From NCBI GenBank assembly GCA_003159795.1, contig PLPK01000035.1, positions 1 through 56,527 on the forward strand: DNA of 56,527 bases. The letters are read 5' to 3'. Below are positions 56,151-56,527 of the stretch, one piece after another. Source of the DNA: Acidimicrobiaceae bacterium (GTDB lineage: Bacteria > Actinomycetota > Acidimicrobiia > Acidimicrobiales > Bog-793). The position numbers and the translations under genes were made by a program. The notes beneath the pieces were generated by a model that had not been told where the DNA came from, searched no databases, and saw only the letters and a program-made list of their open reading frames with translations. Numbering within the stretch: the first letter of the stretch is position 1; every line of letters starts with the position of its first letter.

Positions 56151-56527
56151 TCAGACCTCGAGCAGCTCCTGCTCCTTGTGGGTGAGCAGCCGGTCGATCT
56201 CGGTGATGAACTCGTGGGTCGCCTTGTCGAGCTCCTTGTCGGCGCGCTCGACGTCGTCGATGGAGACAGCACCCCCGTGCTCGTGGACCTCGAGCTCGTG
56301 GCGGGCGTGGCGGCGGACGTTGCGGACGGCGACCCGGCCCTCCTCGGCACGCTGGTGGACGACCTTCACGAGCTCACGACGACGTTCCTCATTGAGTGCC
56401 GGGAAGACGAGCCGCACGACCTCCCCGTCGTTTGACGGGTTCAGGCCGAGGTCGGAGAGCTTGATCGCCTTCTCGATCGCCTTGATCGTCGAGGCGTCGA
56501 AGGGCTGGATGGTCAGCAGGCGAGCTT
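56151..56527 (-). CDS. frr: Ribosome recycling factor (3' part; runs off window end)
   Basis: IEKAIKLSDLGLNPSNDG, PALNEERRRELVK, VAVRNVRR, KEQELLEV. Confidence 0.96.
   Translation of the reverse strand, partial: ARLLTIQPFDASTIKAIEKAIKLSDLGLNPSNDGEVVRLVFPALNEERRRELVKVVHQRAEEGRVAVRNVRRHARHELEVHEHGGAVSIDDVERADKELDKATHEFITEIDRLLTHKEQELLEV

Overview
This is a high-GC actinobacterial chromosomal window. Gene content and protein style suggest Acidimicrobiia, which is an inference. It is mostly core genome: tRNA-Val, gdhA, rnhB, gpsA, cofC, hup, pafB/pafC, typA, a surface-glycan locus (wzm/wzt, several GT4 enzymes, SpoIID/LytB, LPG-synthase-like protein), clpP, tRNA-Leu, ltaE, an hpnO-like aminotransferase, yhaO/yhaN, a DUF929-VKOR pair and the frr-cdsA-dxr-rseP-ispG run. 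Four accessory or unusual features stand out. (1) The left end of an IS256-type element lies at the window start, 3' of tRNA-Val. (2) A convergent, end-overlapping pair of a soluble VirD4-like coupling ATPase and a MobF relaxase with a decayed helicase sits between hup and pafBC with no T4SS, integrase or att sites, and is a candidate domesticated DNA-processing module. (3) A 1083-bp mini-island in tRNA-Leu has 58-bp att repeats, arm-type repeats, a 33-codon integrase stump and only a toxin-antitoxin pair. (4) An alpha/beta-hydrolase lipoprotein lacking both catalytic Ser and His is coupled to the hpnO-like gene. All product calls come from motif recognition by eye; no searches were run.
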